Part shown: in pieces, positions 16,669 to 26,582 of the stretch
Numbering within the stretch: the first letter of the stretch is position 1
How the letters are laid out: each line of letters begins with the position of its first letter
Source of the DNA: Longimicrobiales bacterium
GTDB taxonomy: Bacteria; Gemmatimonadota; Gemmatimonadetes; Longimicrobiales; RSA9
DNA length: 58,959 nucleotides
Direction of reading: 5' to 3'
NCBI GenBank assembly: GCA_036563975.1
Contig: DATCLK010000025.1
Location: forward strand, 1-58,959
Notes under the pieces: model-generated
What the model saw: only the letters and a program-made list of their open reading frames with translations
The model's database searches: none
Told to the model about the DNA's origin: nothing
Translations under genes and position numbers: made by a program

Positions 16669-18438
16669 ATGGCGAGAGAGACGAGCTCGGTGAGTGGTAG
16701 CGGGGCGCCGGTCACGGCGCCGAGCGCGGCAGCGGTTGCGCCGGCGGAGCGCACCTTCCTCGGTCATCCGCGCGGGTTGTCGACGCTGTTCTTCACGGAG
16801 ATGTGGGAGCGGTTCAGCTACTACGGGATGCGGGCGCTGCTGGCGCTGTTCATGACGACAGCGGCGGTGGGCGCCAACCCGGGGCTGGGCTTCAGCGAGG
16901 CGACGATGGGCGCGGTGTACGGGCTGTACACCTCGATGGTGTACCTGCTGACGCTGCCGGGCGGCTGGATTGCGGACAACCTGTGGGGCCAGCGCAAGGC
17001 GGTGTTCGTTGGGGGCTGCATCATCGCGCTGGGCCATTTCACGCTGGCGGCGCCGCTGGTGGGTGCGCCGGACGTGCCGTCGTTCTTCCTGGGGCTGCTG
17101 TTCGTGGCGGTCGGCACCGGGCTCCTGAAGGCGAACGTCTCGACCATGGTGGGCGATCTCTACCCGCCCCCGGGAGAAGCGGCGACGGAGAAAGAGCGGC
17201 AGGAGTGGGCGGCGAAGCGGGACTCGGCGTTCTCGATCTTCTACATGGGGATCAACATCGGGGCGATGCTGGGCCCGTTCATCTGCAGCACGTTGGGCGA
17301 GGGGTTCGACTGGGGGTTCCTGCGGTACGAGGGGAGCTGGCATCTGGGCTTCTCGCTGGCGGGTTTCGGGATGGTGCTGGGCCTGATCCAGTACAAGCGT
17401 GGTGACCGGTACCTCGGCAGTGCGGGCTACCTGAAGACGAACGATCCGGAGCACGTGTTGCGGCGGCGCGCCCGGAACTTCTACGTCACCACGGCTGCGG
17501 TGGTGGCGGCGGCCGCGCTGATGGTCTACCTGCTGGTCTCGGGCGCCCTGGGCATCACGCTCACGGACTTCGCGGCGTGGGTGGGGTACGGCATCCTGCT
17601 CGTCGCGCTCCTGTTCTTCACGTACCTGATCTTCGACGTGTGGTGGGCTGCCGGGCTGCTCGCGCTGTTCGGCGTGTCGACGTTCCTGGTCCCGGGTCAG
17701 GGGACGGCCGCCGGGCAGCAGGCGATCGGCGTGACGCTGGGCGCGTTCGTGCTGATGAACCTGGTGCTGCTGCTGGTGCGGCGGGGCGGGGTCAGCGTGG
17801 AGAAGAAGCGGCTGATGGTGGCCTTCTGGCTGTTCCTGCTGGCGGCGACGTTCTGGGCAGGGTTCGAGCAGGCCGGCTCGTCGATGAACCTGTTCGCGCG
17901 GGACCTCACGGACCGCACGCTGTTCGGCTGGGAGATCCCGGCGGGCTGGCTCCAGAACGTGAACCCGTTCTTCATCATCGTGCTGGCGCCCGTGTTCGGC
18001 GTGCTGTGGACGTGGCTGGCGCACCGTAACCGGAATCCGTCGATCCCGATGAAGTTCGCGCTCGGGGTGCTGGGCCTCGCCGCCGGCATGTTCGTGCTGG
18101 CATGGGGCGCGTCTTACGCCTCGGCGACGAACCGGGTGTCAATGGCGTGGCTGGTCACGACCTACTTCCTGTTCACGGTCGGCGAGCTGGCGCTCTCGCC
18201 GGTCGGGCTCTCCTCGATGACGAAGCTGGCGCCGCCGGGGCGGCTGGGGCAGATGATGGGCGTGTGGTTCATCGCGTCGGCGCTGGGCAACCTGTTCGCG
18301 GGTTTGGTGGCGGGCTCGCTCGAGACGCTGTCGCCGAGCGAGCTCTTCATGAGGATCGGGCTGGTCGCAGCCGCGGTGGGCGCGCTGGCGCTGGTGCTGA
18401 GCCCGGTGGTGAACCGGTTGACGGGAGGGATCCGCTGA
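16669..18438 (+). CDS. POT/PTR2-family proton-dependent di/tripeptide transporter
   Basis: Canonical POT signature FLGHPRGLSTLFFTEMWERFSYYGMRALL, with 12 or more TM segments. AGGAG RBS 10 nt upstream of the ATG at 16669. The alternative upstream ATG at 16615 lacks an RBS. Confidence 0.9.
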   Translation: MARETSSVSGSGAPVTAPSAAAVAPAERTFLGHPRGLSTLFFTEMWERFSYYGMRALLALFMTTAAVGANPGLGFSEATMGAVYGLYTSMVYLLTLPGGWIADNLWGQRKAVFVGGCIIALGHFTLAAPLVGAPDVPSFFLGLLFVAVGTGLLKANVSTMVGDLYPPPGEAATEKERQEWAAKRDSAFSIFYMGINIGAMLGPFICSTLGEGFDWGFLRYEGSWHLGFSLAGFGMVLGLIQYKRGDRYLGSAGYLKTNDPEHVLRRRARNFYVTTAAVVAAAALMVYLLVSGALGITLTDFAAWVGYGILLVALLFFTYLIFDVWWAAGLLALFGVSTFLVPGQGTAAGQQAIGVTLGAFVLMNLVLLLVRRGGVSVEKKRLMVAFWLFLLAATFWAGFEQAGSSMNLFARDLTDRTLFGWEIPAGWLQNVNPFFIIVLAPVFGVLWTWLAHRNRNPSIPMKFALGVLGLAAGMFVLAWGASYASATNRVSMAWLVTTYFLFTVGELALSPVGLSSMTKLAPPGRLGQMMGVWFIASALGNLFAGLVAGSLETLSPSELFMRIGLVAAAVGALALVLSPVVNRLTGGIR

Positions 18439-18492
18439 GGCGACGCCCGGCCGTGGACTGGCGCGCGGGGCTTCGCCGCCTGCCCTGAATCT

Positions 18493-18545
18493 CGCCCCCC
18501 GTTCCGTCGCGGGCGTCCCGTTGACGGGGCGGGGGGTGCTTTGCA
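18493..18545 (+). terminator. GC-rich hairpin followed by TGCTTTGC after the POT transporter gene
   Basis: CCCCCCG...CGGGGGG outer stem with an inner CCGTC/GACGG stem, then a short U-rich tract. Lies 55 nt downstream of the stop at 18438. Confidence 0.35.
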
Positions 18546-18600
18546 TGATTGCGCGGCCGCAGCGCGGATCGGCGGCCTGCAGGCGAGCCCAGGAGGTCTG

Positions 18601-18894
18601 ATGCTAGCGAACGGCCAGATCAAGGTCGTGGCGCAGGAGGTGGGGCGGGCGGCGGCCGAGCGGATCCGCAACGCCGGGGATCAGTACGATCGCGTGCAGT
18701 TGTGGGAGGTGGTGCGGTACGCATCGCGCGCGATCGAGGCAGTCGTAGAGATGGAGACGCAGGACCTGTCGGCATCGGACCGGTGCCGGCGGGCGCGCTA
18801 CCTGGTGAGCGAGCTCGAATGCGCGCTGGAGGCGGCGCGCAAGGCGAAGGCGGTGCTGGACTGGACGGCGCAGCGGCAGCGTGACGCTCCCTAG
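18601..18894 (+). CDS. hypothetical cytoplasmic protein (98 aa), first gene of a three-gene overlapping operon
   Basis: AGGAGG RBS 5 nt upstream of the ATG at 18601. Protein-like composition (MLANGQIKVVAQEVGRAAAERIRNAGDQYDRVQLWEVVRYASRAIEAVVEMETQDLSASDRCRRARYLVSELECALEAARKAKAVLDWTAQRQRDAP). The 3' end overlaps the next gene start. The track start at 18541 is TTG. Confidence 0.5.
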   Translation: MLANGQIKVVAQEVGRAAAERIRNAGDQYDRVQLWEVVRYASRAIEAVVEMETQDLSASDRCRRARYLVSELECALEAARKAKAVLDWTAQRQRDAP

Positions 18895-19624
18895 GACCGA
18901 CGAGTCAGACGCCGCTGATTCGCGACGGCGCCGGTACGCGACGCATCCGGCGGCGCTCGTCGCCTGGGTCCTGTTCGCGGCCGTCCTGCTCGTGAGCAGC
19001 CGGCTGCGGTTGGAGCAGGAGGCGGTGCGTGAGGCGCTTGCGGGCCTCGGGCCGGCAGCTCCGCTGGGGTTCGTGCTCGCGGAAGCGGCGCAGGTGGTGT
19101 TCTGGCCGATTCCGGGCCAGCCGCTGGAAATTCCGGGCGGCTGGCTTTTCGGTTTTGTTGCGGGAACGGCGCTGGGGACGGTGGGCGCGGTGGCGGGCTC
19201 GCTGGTGGCGTTCGAGCTGGGGCGGCGTTACGGCCGGCCGTGGGTGGAGCGGCACATCCCGGTGCGCGTCCGGGAGCGGTTCGCGGCGCGCCTGGGCCGC
19301 GGGCAGCGGGCCGGGTGGGTCGTCTTCTGGTTGATGATGGTGCCGGCGTTCCCACGGGACCCGCTGTGCTACCTGGCCGGATTGACGCGTCTTACACTTG
19401 CACGGTTCGGGCTGATCGCGCTCGTGGGGCGGCCGGTCGGCCTGGCGCCGTGGGTGGCGTTGGGCGGGGAGGGTGTGGAGTTGGGGCTGAGAATCCAGGT
19501 GATCGCGCTCGCGATCCCGGCTGTGGTGTGGGCCGGCCACCGGGCGTACACGCGCCTTCCCGGCCGGTTGGCGGGCAACGGAGGGGCACAGCAACGCGAT
19601 CCAACGGGGGAAGGGAATGCGTAA
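18881..19624 (+). CDS. DedA / TVP38-TMEM64 family membrane protein
   Basis: Family hallmark VVFWPIPGQPLEIPGGWLFG plus several TM helices. GTG start at 18881 is uncertain. Overlaps both neighbours. Confidence 0.75.
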   Translation: MTLPRTDESDAADSRRRRYATHPAALVAWVLFAAVLLVSSRLRLEQEAVREALAGLGPAAPLGFVLAEAAQVVFWPIPGQPLEIPGGWLFGFVAGTALGTVGAVAGSLVAFELGRRYGRPWVERHIPVRVRERFAARLGRGQRAGWVVFWLMMVPAFPRDPLCYLAGLTRLTLARFGLIALVGRPVGLAPWVALGGEGVELGLRIQVIALAIPAVVWAGHRAYTRLPGRLAGNGGAQQRDPTGEGNA

Positions 19625-20612
19625 GCTGGCGACGCTGAAGCGACTCTGGGACGACCGCGCGCTCTACTGCCAGCTCATCGTCACGCGGCGTTGCAACCTG
19701 GCCTGCGGCTACTGCAACGAGTTCGACCAGGTGTCGAAGCCCGTTCCGTACGAGGTGCTGGTCGAGCGGATGGACCACCTGGTCGATGTGTTGGGCGTGA
19801 CGATCATGGATTTCCTGGGTGGCGAGCCGCTGTTGCATCCGCGGATCGCGGATCTCGTCGCGTACGCGAAGCGCAAGGGTTGCTGGACGAACATCATCAC
19901 CAACGGCTTGCTGCTGAGCGCGGAGCTGGTCGAAGCGCTGAACCGCGCAGGCCTCGACTCGATGTGCGTCTCGATCGACCGCATCCATCCGACGGGCTTC
20001 ACGCACAAGGGGTTGAAGCCTCTGCGGCGGAAGCTCGCGGCGCTGCGCCGGAGCGCGCGGTTCCAGGTGGAGGTCAACACGGTGCTGTGCGAGGAGACGC
20101 TGGACGAGTTCGAGGAGCTGGTGACGGAACTGAAGCGCATGGGCTTCCCGGTGCGGTGCGGCGTGCGGCACTACGAGGGCCGGCTGGAGCTGACCGACCG
20201 GATCCGGGAGAAGCTGGAGTGGTTCCACGGGCATTTCCGGCACTGGCGGATCGCGCCGATGATGGACCTGCACCGGGCGCGCATGGAAGGGCGGGCGCCG
20301 GAGTGGAAGTGCACGGGCGGTTACAAGTTCCTGTACGTGGATGAGTTCGGCACGGTGAAGGCCTGCTCGCAGGTGCCGCTGGAGCAGCCGCGGAACGTGT
20401 TGCGGATGACGGTGGCGGACCTGAAGGCGAACGACCGACACAAGCCGTGCGAGAAGGACTGTGGCGTGAGCTGCGTGATCCAGACGTCGCTGGTGACGGC
20501 GAACCCGCTGCGCTACGCAGCGCGTTGCGTGCAGCATCTTCTCGCGACGCGCGGGACGGGCGTGGAGCTGGGCGGGTTCAAGCGCGCCTCCAAGGTAGAG
20601 GCGGCGGTGTAG
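19617..20612 (+). CDS. radical SAM enzyme with Cys-rich C-terminal (SPASM/twitch-like) region
   Basis: CxxxCxxC in IVTRRCNLACGYCNEFD. Glycine-rich SAM-binding segment (FLGGEPLL). C-terminal cysteines WKCTGG...VKACSQ...HKPCEKDCGVSCV. ATG at 19617 with a purine-rich RBS, overlapping the DedA 3' end by 8 nt. Confidence 0.85.
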   Translation: MRKLATLKRLWDDRALYCQLIVTRRCNLACGYCNEFDQVSKPVPYEVLVERMDHLVDVLGVTIMDFLGGEPLLHPRIADLVAYAKRKGCWTNIITNGLLLSAELVEALNRAGLDSMCVSIDRIHPTGFTHKGLKPLRRKLAALRRSARFQVEVNTVLCEETLDEFEELVTELKRMGFPVRCGVRHYEGRLELTDRIREKLEWFHGHFRHWRIAPMMDLHRARMEGRAPEWKCTGGYKFLYVDEFGTVKACSQVPLEQPRNVLRMTVADLKANDRHKPCEKDCGVSCVIQTSLVTANPLRYAARCVQHLLATRGTGVELGGFKRASKVEAAV

Positions 20613-20721
20613 TCTCGCGCGAGGGACTGCCGGGGGCCGGGCGCGGCCCCGATCATCCCGACGGGTTCGCATCCCCGCCCGGGGAGGCGCTCCGTACAGC
20701 GGACCGTCCGATCTTCCTGCC

Positions 20722-23001
20722 ATGGCGACCATGAGAACTCGAGGCCTGTTGTTGCTTCTGGGTGTGCTGGTGGGCGAGTGGTGGCCCCGAGGGGCGGCGT
20801 ACGCGCAGGGGGTGTCTGCCGTGGAGCCGCGTGAGCCGGCCGAGTACGCGGCGGCGCTGTCGAAGCTGGCGGCGGGGGACACGCTGGGGGCGCTGGAGGC
20901 GCTGAGGTCGCTGACCAAGGCGCGGCCGGATTTCGGGCCGGCCTTCCTGCGGCTGGGTGCGGTCCTGAGCGCGCGGGCGGGCGAGGCATCCGAGAACTAT
21001 CCGGAACGGATGGAGGCGGAGAAGGCGCTGGCGCGCGCGACGCAGCTCATGCCGAACGATCCCGTTGCACTCCTCGAGTACGGCCTGCTGCTAAAGCGGC
21101 AGTCGATGAAGACCGACGCGAAGCGGGTGCTGGAGCGGGCGTGGCGCGCGGCGGAGCGGCTGGGGGAGGGGTTGGCGGCGCGGGACCGGGCGCGTCTCCA
21201 CTTCGAGCTGGGGAAGGTATACGAGGCGTGGTGGGAGGATTGGCACAACCTGGTGCAGATCCCGCCGACCGCGCAGGGGCTGCTGCACTGCTCGGCGGCG
21301 ACGGCGGTAGGGGGAGGCGAGGGTGAGGTTCCCCTGCTTTCACACTGGATGGTGGCGGTGGCGTGCCCGCGGCAGTGGGCGGAGCAAGCGGAGCGCGTGG
21401 TGCCGCTGGAGGACCTGAAGTCGGAGGAGCGGGCGCGGATGATCGAGCACTTCCGGCTCGCGCTCGAGGCGGATCCGGGGCACGTGGAGGCGGCGATCCA
21501 CCTGCTCGGGCACCTGGCGGACGCGGAGGAGTGGGGGGAGTACGCACGCGTGGCGGAGCAGCTCGTGGCGGCGGCGCCGGACGACGCGCGCGCGCACCTG
21601 TTTCGCGGCCTGGGACTGCACGAGACGGGGCGGGACGAGGCGGCGGACAGCGCGTTCCGGAAGGCGCTGGCGCTGATGGAGCCGCGCGAGCGCGCGGTGT
21701 TCGACGACATCACGTTGCTGCTGCCGCGGCGGCTGCACGAGCGCTATGCGGCGCTGGACAGCGCGGGCCGTGAAGCGACGGCGCGGGTCTTCTTCGCGTC
21801 CACGGACCCGTTGTTGCTGACCGGGTCAGAGGAGCGGCGGCTGGAGCATTACGCGCGGCTGGCGTGGGCTGAGCTGAAGTATGGCGACCCCGAGCGTGGG
21901 CTGCGGGGCTGGCAGACGGAGCCGGGGCAGATCTGGGTCCGCTACGGCCGGCCGTGGAAGTGGTACCAGTGCTGTTACGGCGGGTCGGGGTTGGCGGCGG
22001 GCGGGTGGACCGGGGACAACTACCGGTACGTGTACTGGTCGTACGGCCTCGATGGCCCGGTGTTCGTGTTCCGGCGGCAACTGACCTACCGGCGCGCCCT
22101 GCTGGTGGAGCCGGCGAAGCAGCTCGCGGATGAGCTGGCGGCGCGGTCGCCGGAGCTGTACCGGCCGCGGACCGTGACGCGCGTGCACGGCCTTCCGCAC
22201 CAGGTGGTGCGTTTCCGCGGGAGCCAGCCGGAGATGACGCTGGTGGAGATCCACGCGCAGCCGGCGCTGGACTCGCTCGGCGCTCCGCCGGGGAGCCGGC
22301 TGGATGCGGGCATCTTCCTGTTCGGTCCTGAATACGAGCCGCTCTGGTCGCGGCGCCACGCGGTGGAGGTCGGGGAGCTGCCGGTGGTGCTCACGTACCG
22401 TGCCGAGGTGGGACCCGGCCGGTACCGCTACGGCATCGAGGCGCGGGTGGCGGGGCCGGACAGCGCGGCGCGGCCGGCGGCACGCGTGCGCGAGGTGCTG
22501 GAGGCGCCGGGGTTCGCCGTGGGTGGAGTGGCGCTCTCGGACCTGCTGCTGGCGGATGCGCTGGTGCCGCTGGCGGAGACGCCGTCGTCGCGCGCGGAGC
22601 TGCGCATCGTGCCGAGCCGGACGCTGGCGTTCGAGCAGGGCGCCCCGGTGCATCTGTACTTCGAGGTCTACGGCCTCCAGCCGGACGACGAAGGGTACGG
22701 GAGCTACCGCGCGGAGCTGGCGGTGGAGGACAGCACCCGCCGGAACCTGGTGCAGAGGCTCGCGCGTGGCGCGCGGGAGCTGTTTCGCCGCGGGGCAGGC
22801 GACCAGCGCGTGAGCTGGGAGCGGACGGCCCCGGTGCGCGACGGCATCGTGATCGATTACCTGACCATCCATCTGCCGGCGCTGGAGGCGGGCGAGTACG
22901 TGGTGCGGGTGCGGGTGCGGGAGGCCGGGTCGGGTGCGGAGGCGGAGGCGGTGCGCCGGTTCCGCGTCGTGGCGCCGCGGCCCCCGGACGGCGGAGGATG
23001 A
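20722..23001 (+). CDS. secreted TPR-repeat protein with GWxTD-like domain
   Basis: Signal peptide MATMRTRGLLLLLGVLVGEWWPRGAAYAQG. TPR-like helical repeats in the N-terminal half. A GWQTEPGQIWVRYGRPWKWY block resembling the GWxTD domain family. Confidence 0.7.
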   Translation: MATMRTRGLLLLLGVLVGEWWPRGAAYAQGVSAVEPREPAEYAAALSKLAAGDTLGALEALRSLTKARPDFGPAFLRLGAVLSARAGEASENYPERMEAEKALARATQLMPNDPVALLEYGLLLKRQSMKTDAKRVLERAWRAAERLGEGLAARDRARLHFELGKVYEAWWEDWHNLVQIPPTAQGLLHCSAATAVGGGEGEVPLLSHWMVAVACPRQWAEQAERVVPLEDLKSEERARMIEHFRLALEADPGHVEAAIHLLGHLADAEEWGEYARVAEQLVAAAPDDARAHLFRGLGLHETGRDEAADSAFRKALALMEPRERAVFDDITLLLPRRLHERYAALDSAGREATARVFFASTDPLLLTGSEERRLEHYARLAWAELKYGDPERGLRGWQTEPGQIWVRYGRPWKWYQCCYGGSGLAAGGWTGDNYRYVYWSYGLDGPVFVFRRQLTYRRALLVEPAKQLADELAARSPELYRPRTVTRVHGLPHQVVRFRGSQPEMTLVEIHAQPALDSLGAPPGSRLDAGIFLFGPEYEPLWSRRHAVEVGELPVVLTYRAEVGPGRYRYGIEARVAGPDSAARPAARVREVLEAPGFAVGGVALSDLLLADALVPLAETPSSRAELRIVPSRTLAFEQGAPVHLYFEVYGLQPDDEGYGSYRAELAVEDSTRRNLVQRLARGARELFRRGAGDQRVSWERTAPVRDGIVIDYLTIHLPALEAGEYVVRVRVREAGSGAEAEAVRRFRVVAPRPPDGGG

Positions 23002-23349
23002 CCGTGGGCGGAGGGAGGGCGCGGGGGCAGGCGGCCGCGCGCCGGCGCTGCGAGCAGGGAGGGCGCGGGGCAGGCGGCGCGCCGACGCTGCGGCCGGGCC
23101 TTCGTTCCGCCGGGACGCGAGCGCCCGGATCCGCCCGGCGACCGGGCGGCACCGGCGGCGGGCCGGGGCAGTCGCGGGCCCGGTCGGCCTGCCGGGCGTC
23201 AGGAGCGGCGCCACACGCTCGTTGTAGGGGTGGGCTGGGTCGTCCAGCCGTAGGGGCTGGGGCCGGCCCGCGCGTCATGGTAGTCTGGTGTGCCGCCGTG
23301 GTGGGGTGCGGTGCCGGGCGAGGCGGCAGAGCGTAACTGGGCGGTGAAC

Positions 23350-24753
23350 ATGCGTAGGGATCTCGTCTTGTTGTTGGCGGGGCTCGCGGCCGTATCCGGC
23401 TGCCGCGAGGCGGACCGCCCGGCGGGGCCGGTGTTCGGCGGGCGGGTGGCCGTGGATTCGGACCCGCAGGGCGCGGTGATTTACGTGGACACCACACGGC
23501 GGGCGGAGACCACGCCGGACACGCTGGATGACGTGCCGGTCGGGACGCGGATCATCGGGGCGTGGCGGGACAGCGCGGGCGTGCAGTACGGTTTCGCCAT
23601 GCGCGTGGAGGTGCCGCGGGAGGGGCTCGTGGAGGTTTCGGGGCCGCTGCTCGCGCGCTGCTTCGATACCGGCTGCTACGCCGACATCGTGCAGCAGTAC
23701 ACGGTCAACTCGATGCGCTTCGCGACGACGCCGACCGGCCGGTTGTTCTACGTGGACGGCTCCGACGGAGGCCTGTACTGGCCCTCCACGACGAATAGCT
23801 ATCTGGCGACTGGCACACCGATCTTTGCTGGCGTCTCGAGCGCGACCTCGAGGGAGGTCGCGATGGGCGCGTACGCGTACCAGATCGACGAAACCATCTA
23901 CGAATACCTGGCCGGACGGCCCGCGCCACAGGTCGAGCAGACGGCCGAGCAGTTCTCGCTGACGCAGACCAGCTGGGTCCTGCCGCCCGGCACCCTGGTG
24001 ATGGCGTCGACGGTGCGGGGCCTCGAGATCACACAGCAGGTGATCGGGCGAGCCGACCCGGACGGGGTGCTCCTGGTCCGGCTCACGTTCCGCAACATCA
24101 CGAACGACCCGCTGTACCGCCGCATGGACCCGGTGCCCGAGGGCGGCGTGACGTACGCGGACGCCTACATCGGGTTTGCGCTGGACCCGGATATCGGGGG
24201 CGCGGAGGACGACCTCGTCAGCTACGACCCGAGCCTCGGCCTGGCGTTCGCCTACGACAGCGACTTCAAGGAGCCCGGGTTCACGGCAGGCTGGGCCGAG
24301 CGGCCGGGCCTCGTCGGCCTGCGCCTGCTCGAGGCGCCGCCGGGCACGAGTCCGCTCCTGACGGCGTGGCCGAGGCCCGCGGACTGGTATTCCGGCGTGA
24401 TCGGCCCGGTCGACGAGGAGGATGGATGGTGGTGGCTCGCGGGGCGGCAGCACGAGATCAGCGGCGCGTACCCGGACCACCCGGACGGCCGGATCGGCTT
24501 TGCGCCGACAAGCGCAAACGATTACCGCATCGCGGTGTCCGCCGGGCCGCTGACCCTGGCGCCGGGCGACTCCGCCCGACTGACCGTGGCGGTGGTGATC
24601 GCGGAGCCGCGGGCGGGCACATTCACCCCGGGCCAGCCGATGTCGCCGGGCGACCCGCTGGACACGTCGCGGGCGATCTACCGCGTTGCGGAGGCCCTGC
24701 GGCAACGCGCGATCGCGGCGGCCGATCTGGTCGGCGCCTCGTTGCCGAGGTGA
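23350..24753 (+). CDS. lipoprotein, hypothetical (PEGA-like N-terminal region)
   Basis: Start MRRDLVLLLAGLAAVSGC, with lipobox VSGC. RVAVDSDPQGAVIYVDT...PVGTRIIG resembles a PEGA domain. The rest has protein-like composition. Confidence 0.65.
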   Translation: MRRDLVLLLAGLAAVSGCREADRPAGPVFGGRVAVDSDPQGAVIYVDTTRRAETTPDTLDDVPVGTRIIGAWRDSAGVQYGFAMRVEVPREGLVEVSGPLLARCFDTGCYADIVQQYTVNSMRFATTPTGRLFYVDGSDGGLYWPSTTNSYLATGTPIFAGVSSATSREVAMGAYAYQIDETIYEYLAGRPAPQVEQTAEQFSLTQTSWVLPPGTLVMASTVRGLEITQQVIGRADPDGVLLVRLTFRNITNDPLYRRMDPVPEGGVTYADAYIGFALDPDIGGAEDDLVSYDPSLGLAFAYDSDFKEPGFTAGWAERPGLVGLRLLEAPPGTSPLLTAWPRPADWYSGVIGPVDEEDGWWWLAGRQHEISGAYPDHPDGRIGFAPTSANDYRIAVSAGPLTLAPGDSARLTVAVVIAEPRAGTFTPGQPMSPGDPLDTSRAIYRVAEALRQRAIAAADLVGASLPR

Positions 24754-24999
24754 GCGGGCTCGGGGCCAGAAGCCGACCGGCCGTCGTCATTCGCGCGCAA
24801 CCCGGCCGGGTGCCCGGCCGTCGCCATGGGCGCGCGCCCCGGCAGGTGCCCGGCCCCGCCGTGCGGGCTCAGGCCGTGGGGCGCCCGATGGTGAGGTGAA
24901 TGAGCCCGGGAGCGGATGCCCGGGCGCGTCCCCGGCGGGACCGGGGCTCCAACGGAGTGGTTTGCATTGAGGCCGGGGCAGGTGGCCGGGGCCCCGGCC

Positions 25000-25584
25000 T
25001 CAGCGCATCCGGCGCTTGAGCTCTTCCAGCATCGCCTCGGCCCGACGCTCGCGCTCCTTGCGCTCGAGGCGTCGGAACTCGGCATCGGCGGCGTCGTCCA
25101 TCGCGATGCCGCCGCGGCTCGCATCGTGGCGGGCGCCGGCCGCGGCGCCGGCGCTCGCCGGCCCATCTCCGCTGGCGCCGGCCTCCCGTTTCCGTTCTTC
25201 CAGGATCCGCTCCATCTCGGCGAGCTCGCGGCGGAGCAGGTCGCGCTCGGCTTCGAGGACTGCCGCCTTCCGCTCGAGGATGGCGGCGCGCTCGGCGTGG
25301 CGTGCGGCGAAGCGCTCCGCGATGGCGGCGGTTTCCGTGTCGCCGATGTTGCGGGCCATGGCCTCGCGGCGGCGGCACACAGCCTCCTCCTCTCGCGCGG
25401 TGGCGGCCTCGCGGTGAGCGGCAGCGATGTCGCGCTCGATGCGCTCCAGCGCGGAAGCGGCGACGGAGAGATCCTCTTGCATGGCGCGGATCCGGTCGCG
25501 GGCGGGGGCGCCCGGGCCGCCTGCGAGCTCGCGGCGGAAATTCTCGACGGCCTCGCGCCAGGCGTCCTTCAACTCCTGGAACAT
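25000..25584 (-). CDS. hypothetical coiled-coil protein
   Basis: ATG at 25582-25584. Charged, heptad-like sequence (ERKAAVLEAERDLLRRELAEMERILEERKRE). No family recognised. Confidence 0.45.
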   Translation of the reverse strand: MFQELKDAWREAVENFRRELAGGPGAPARDRIRAMQEDLSVAASALERIERDIAAAHREAATAREEEAVCRRREAMARNIGDTETAAIAERFAARHAERAAILERKAAVLEAERDLLRRELAEMERILEERKREAGASGDGPASAGAAAGARHDASRGGIAMDDAADAEFRRLERKERERRAEAMLEELKRRMR

Positions 25585-25691
25585 GCAGACAAGGTAACGC
25601 GCAGGCGCGCCGTGGGGTAGCGCGGCCCGATCCTTGCGCGCACGGGGTGCCGCACAGGCCTCCCGGTGGCAATGCGAGCGGGGAAGGGAGC

Positions 25692-26582
25692 ATGAGCAAG
25701 CCGCCCGCCGGTTTCACGTACCCGGACCCTGGCTCGTTGACGCGCGAGGAGCTGAAGTCCTTCACGCACGGCGAGTTCTGGATTCCGGAAGCGGAGCGCG
25801 TCGTGTACCAGGCCGCGCTGCGGACGCTGAACCAGGCGGGCGTGCCATACGTGGTGAGCGGCCTGTACGCGATCTACGCCTACACGGGCATCTACCGGCA
25901 AACGAAGGACCTGGACCTATTGCTCGAGCCGAAGTACGTGGTCCAGGCCGCGCGGGTGCTGCGGGAGGCCGGGTTCCACACGCGCCTCGAGCAGGCGCAC
26001 TGGATCGGGAAGGCGTTCCGAGACGAGGCGATGATCGACCTCATCTTCGGGATGGGGAACGGCCTGGCCCTGATCGATTCGCGGTGGTACCGCCACTCGC
26101 GGCCCGGGATCCTGGCGGCGACGCCGGTGCGCGTCGCGCCGCCGGAGGAGTTGATCTGGCATCGGCTGTTCATCGCGGAGCGCCACCGCTCCGACGTGGC
26201 GGACGTGGTGCACCTGATCCTGGCGCGCGGGGACGAGCTGAACTGGGAGCGGCTCCTGGAGCGGGTGGGCGACCACTGGCGGCTGCTGCTGGGGCAGATC
26301 CATTTCTTCGACTACGTGTATCCGGGCTATCGCCGCCGGGTGCCGGACTGGGTGAGGGAGGACCTGTATGAGCGCGCGTTCGAGGAGATGAAGGAGGTCG
26401 GGGATCCGAACGCGTGTCTCGGGACGCTGGTCTCGCGCTTCTCGTTCGCGATCGACGTGAACGAGTGGGGCTTTCGGGATCTGCGCGCGGAGGCGATTGC
26501 TCGAATGCGGGCGCAACCCGTGATCCAGGAGATCCGGGAGAGCGATGTCTGGGACGACGAGGCGACAGGGGTCGAGGGCTGA
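25692..26582 (+). CDS. hypothetical protein with nucleotidyltransferase-fold-like N-terminus
   Basis: Start MSKPPAGFTYPDPG (ATG at 25692). VVSGLYAIYAYTGIYRQTKDLDLLL fits the hG[GS]...DhD pattern of Pol-beta-type nucleotidyltransferases. The remainder is globular-looking. Confidence 0.55.
   Translation: MSKPPAGFTYPDPGSLTREELKSFTHGEFWIPEAERVVYQAALRTLNQAGVPYVVSGLYAIYAYTGIYRQTKDLDLLLEPKYVVQAARVLREAGFHTRLEQAHWIGKAFRDEAMIDLIFGMGNGLALIDSRWYRHSRPGILAATPVRVAPPEELIWHRLFIAERHRSDVADVVHLILARGDELNWERLLERVGDHWRLLLGQIHFFDYVYPGYRRRVPDWVREDLYERAFEEMKEVGDPNACLGTLVSRFSFAIDVNEWGFRDLRAEAIARMRAQPVIQEIRESDVWDDEATGVEG

Noticed and set aside
24969-25008. GC hairpin gaggccgggg...ccccggcctc overlapping the stop of the coiled-coil gene
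   Set aside because: No U-tract follows on either strand. GC-rich inverted repeats of this size are frequent by chance at this base composition.
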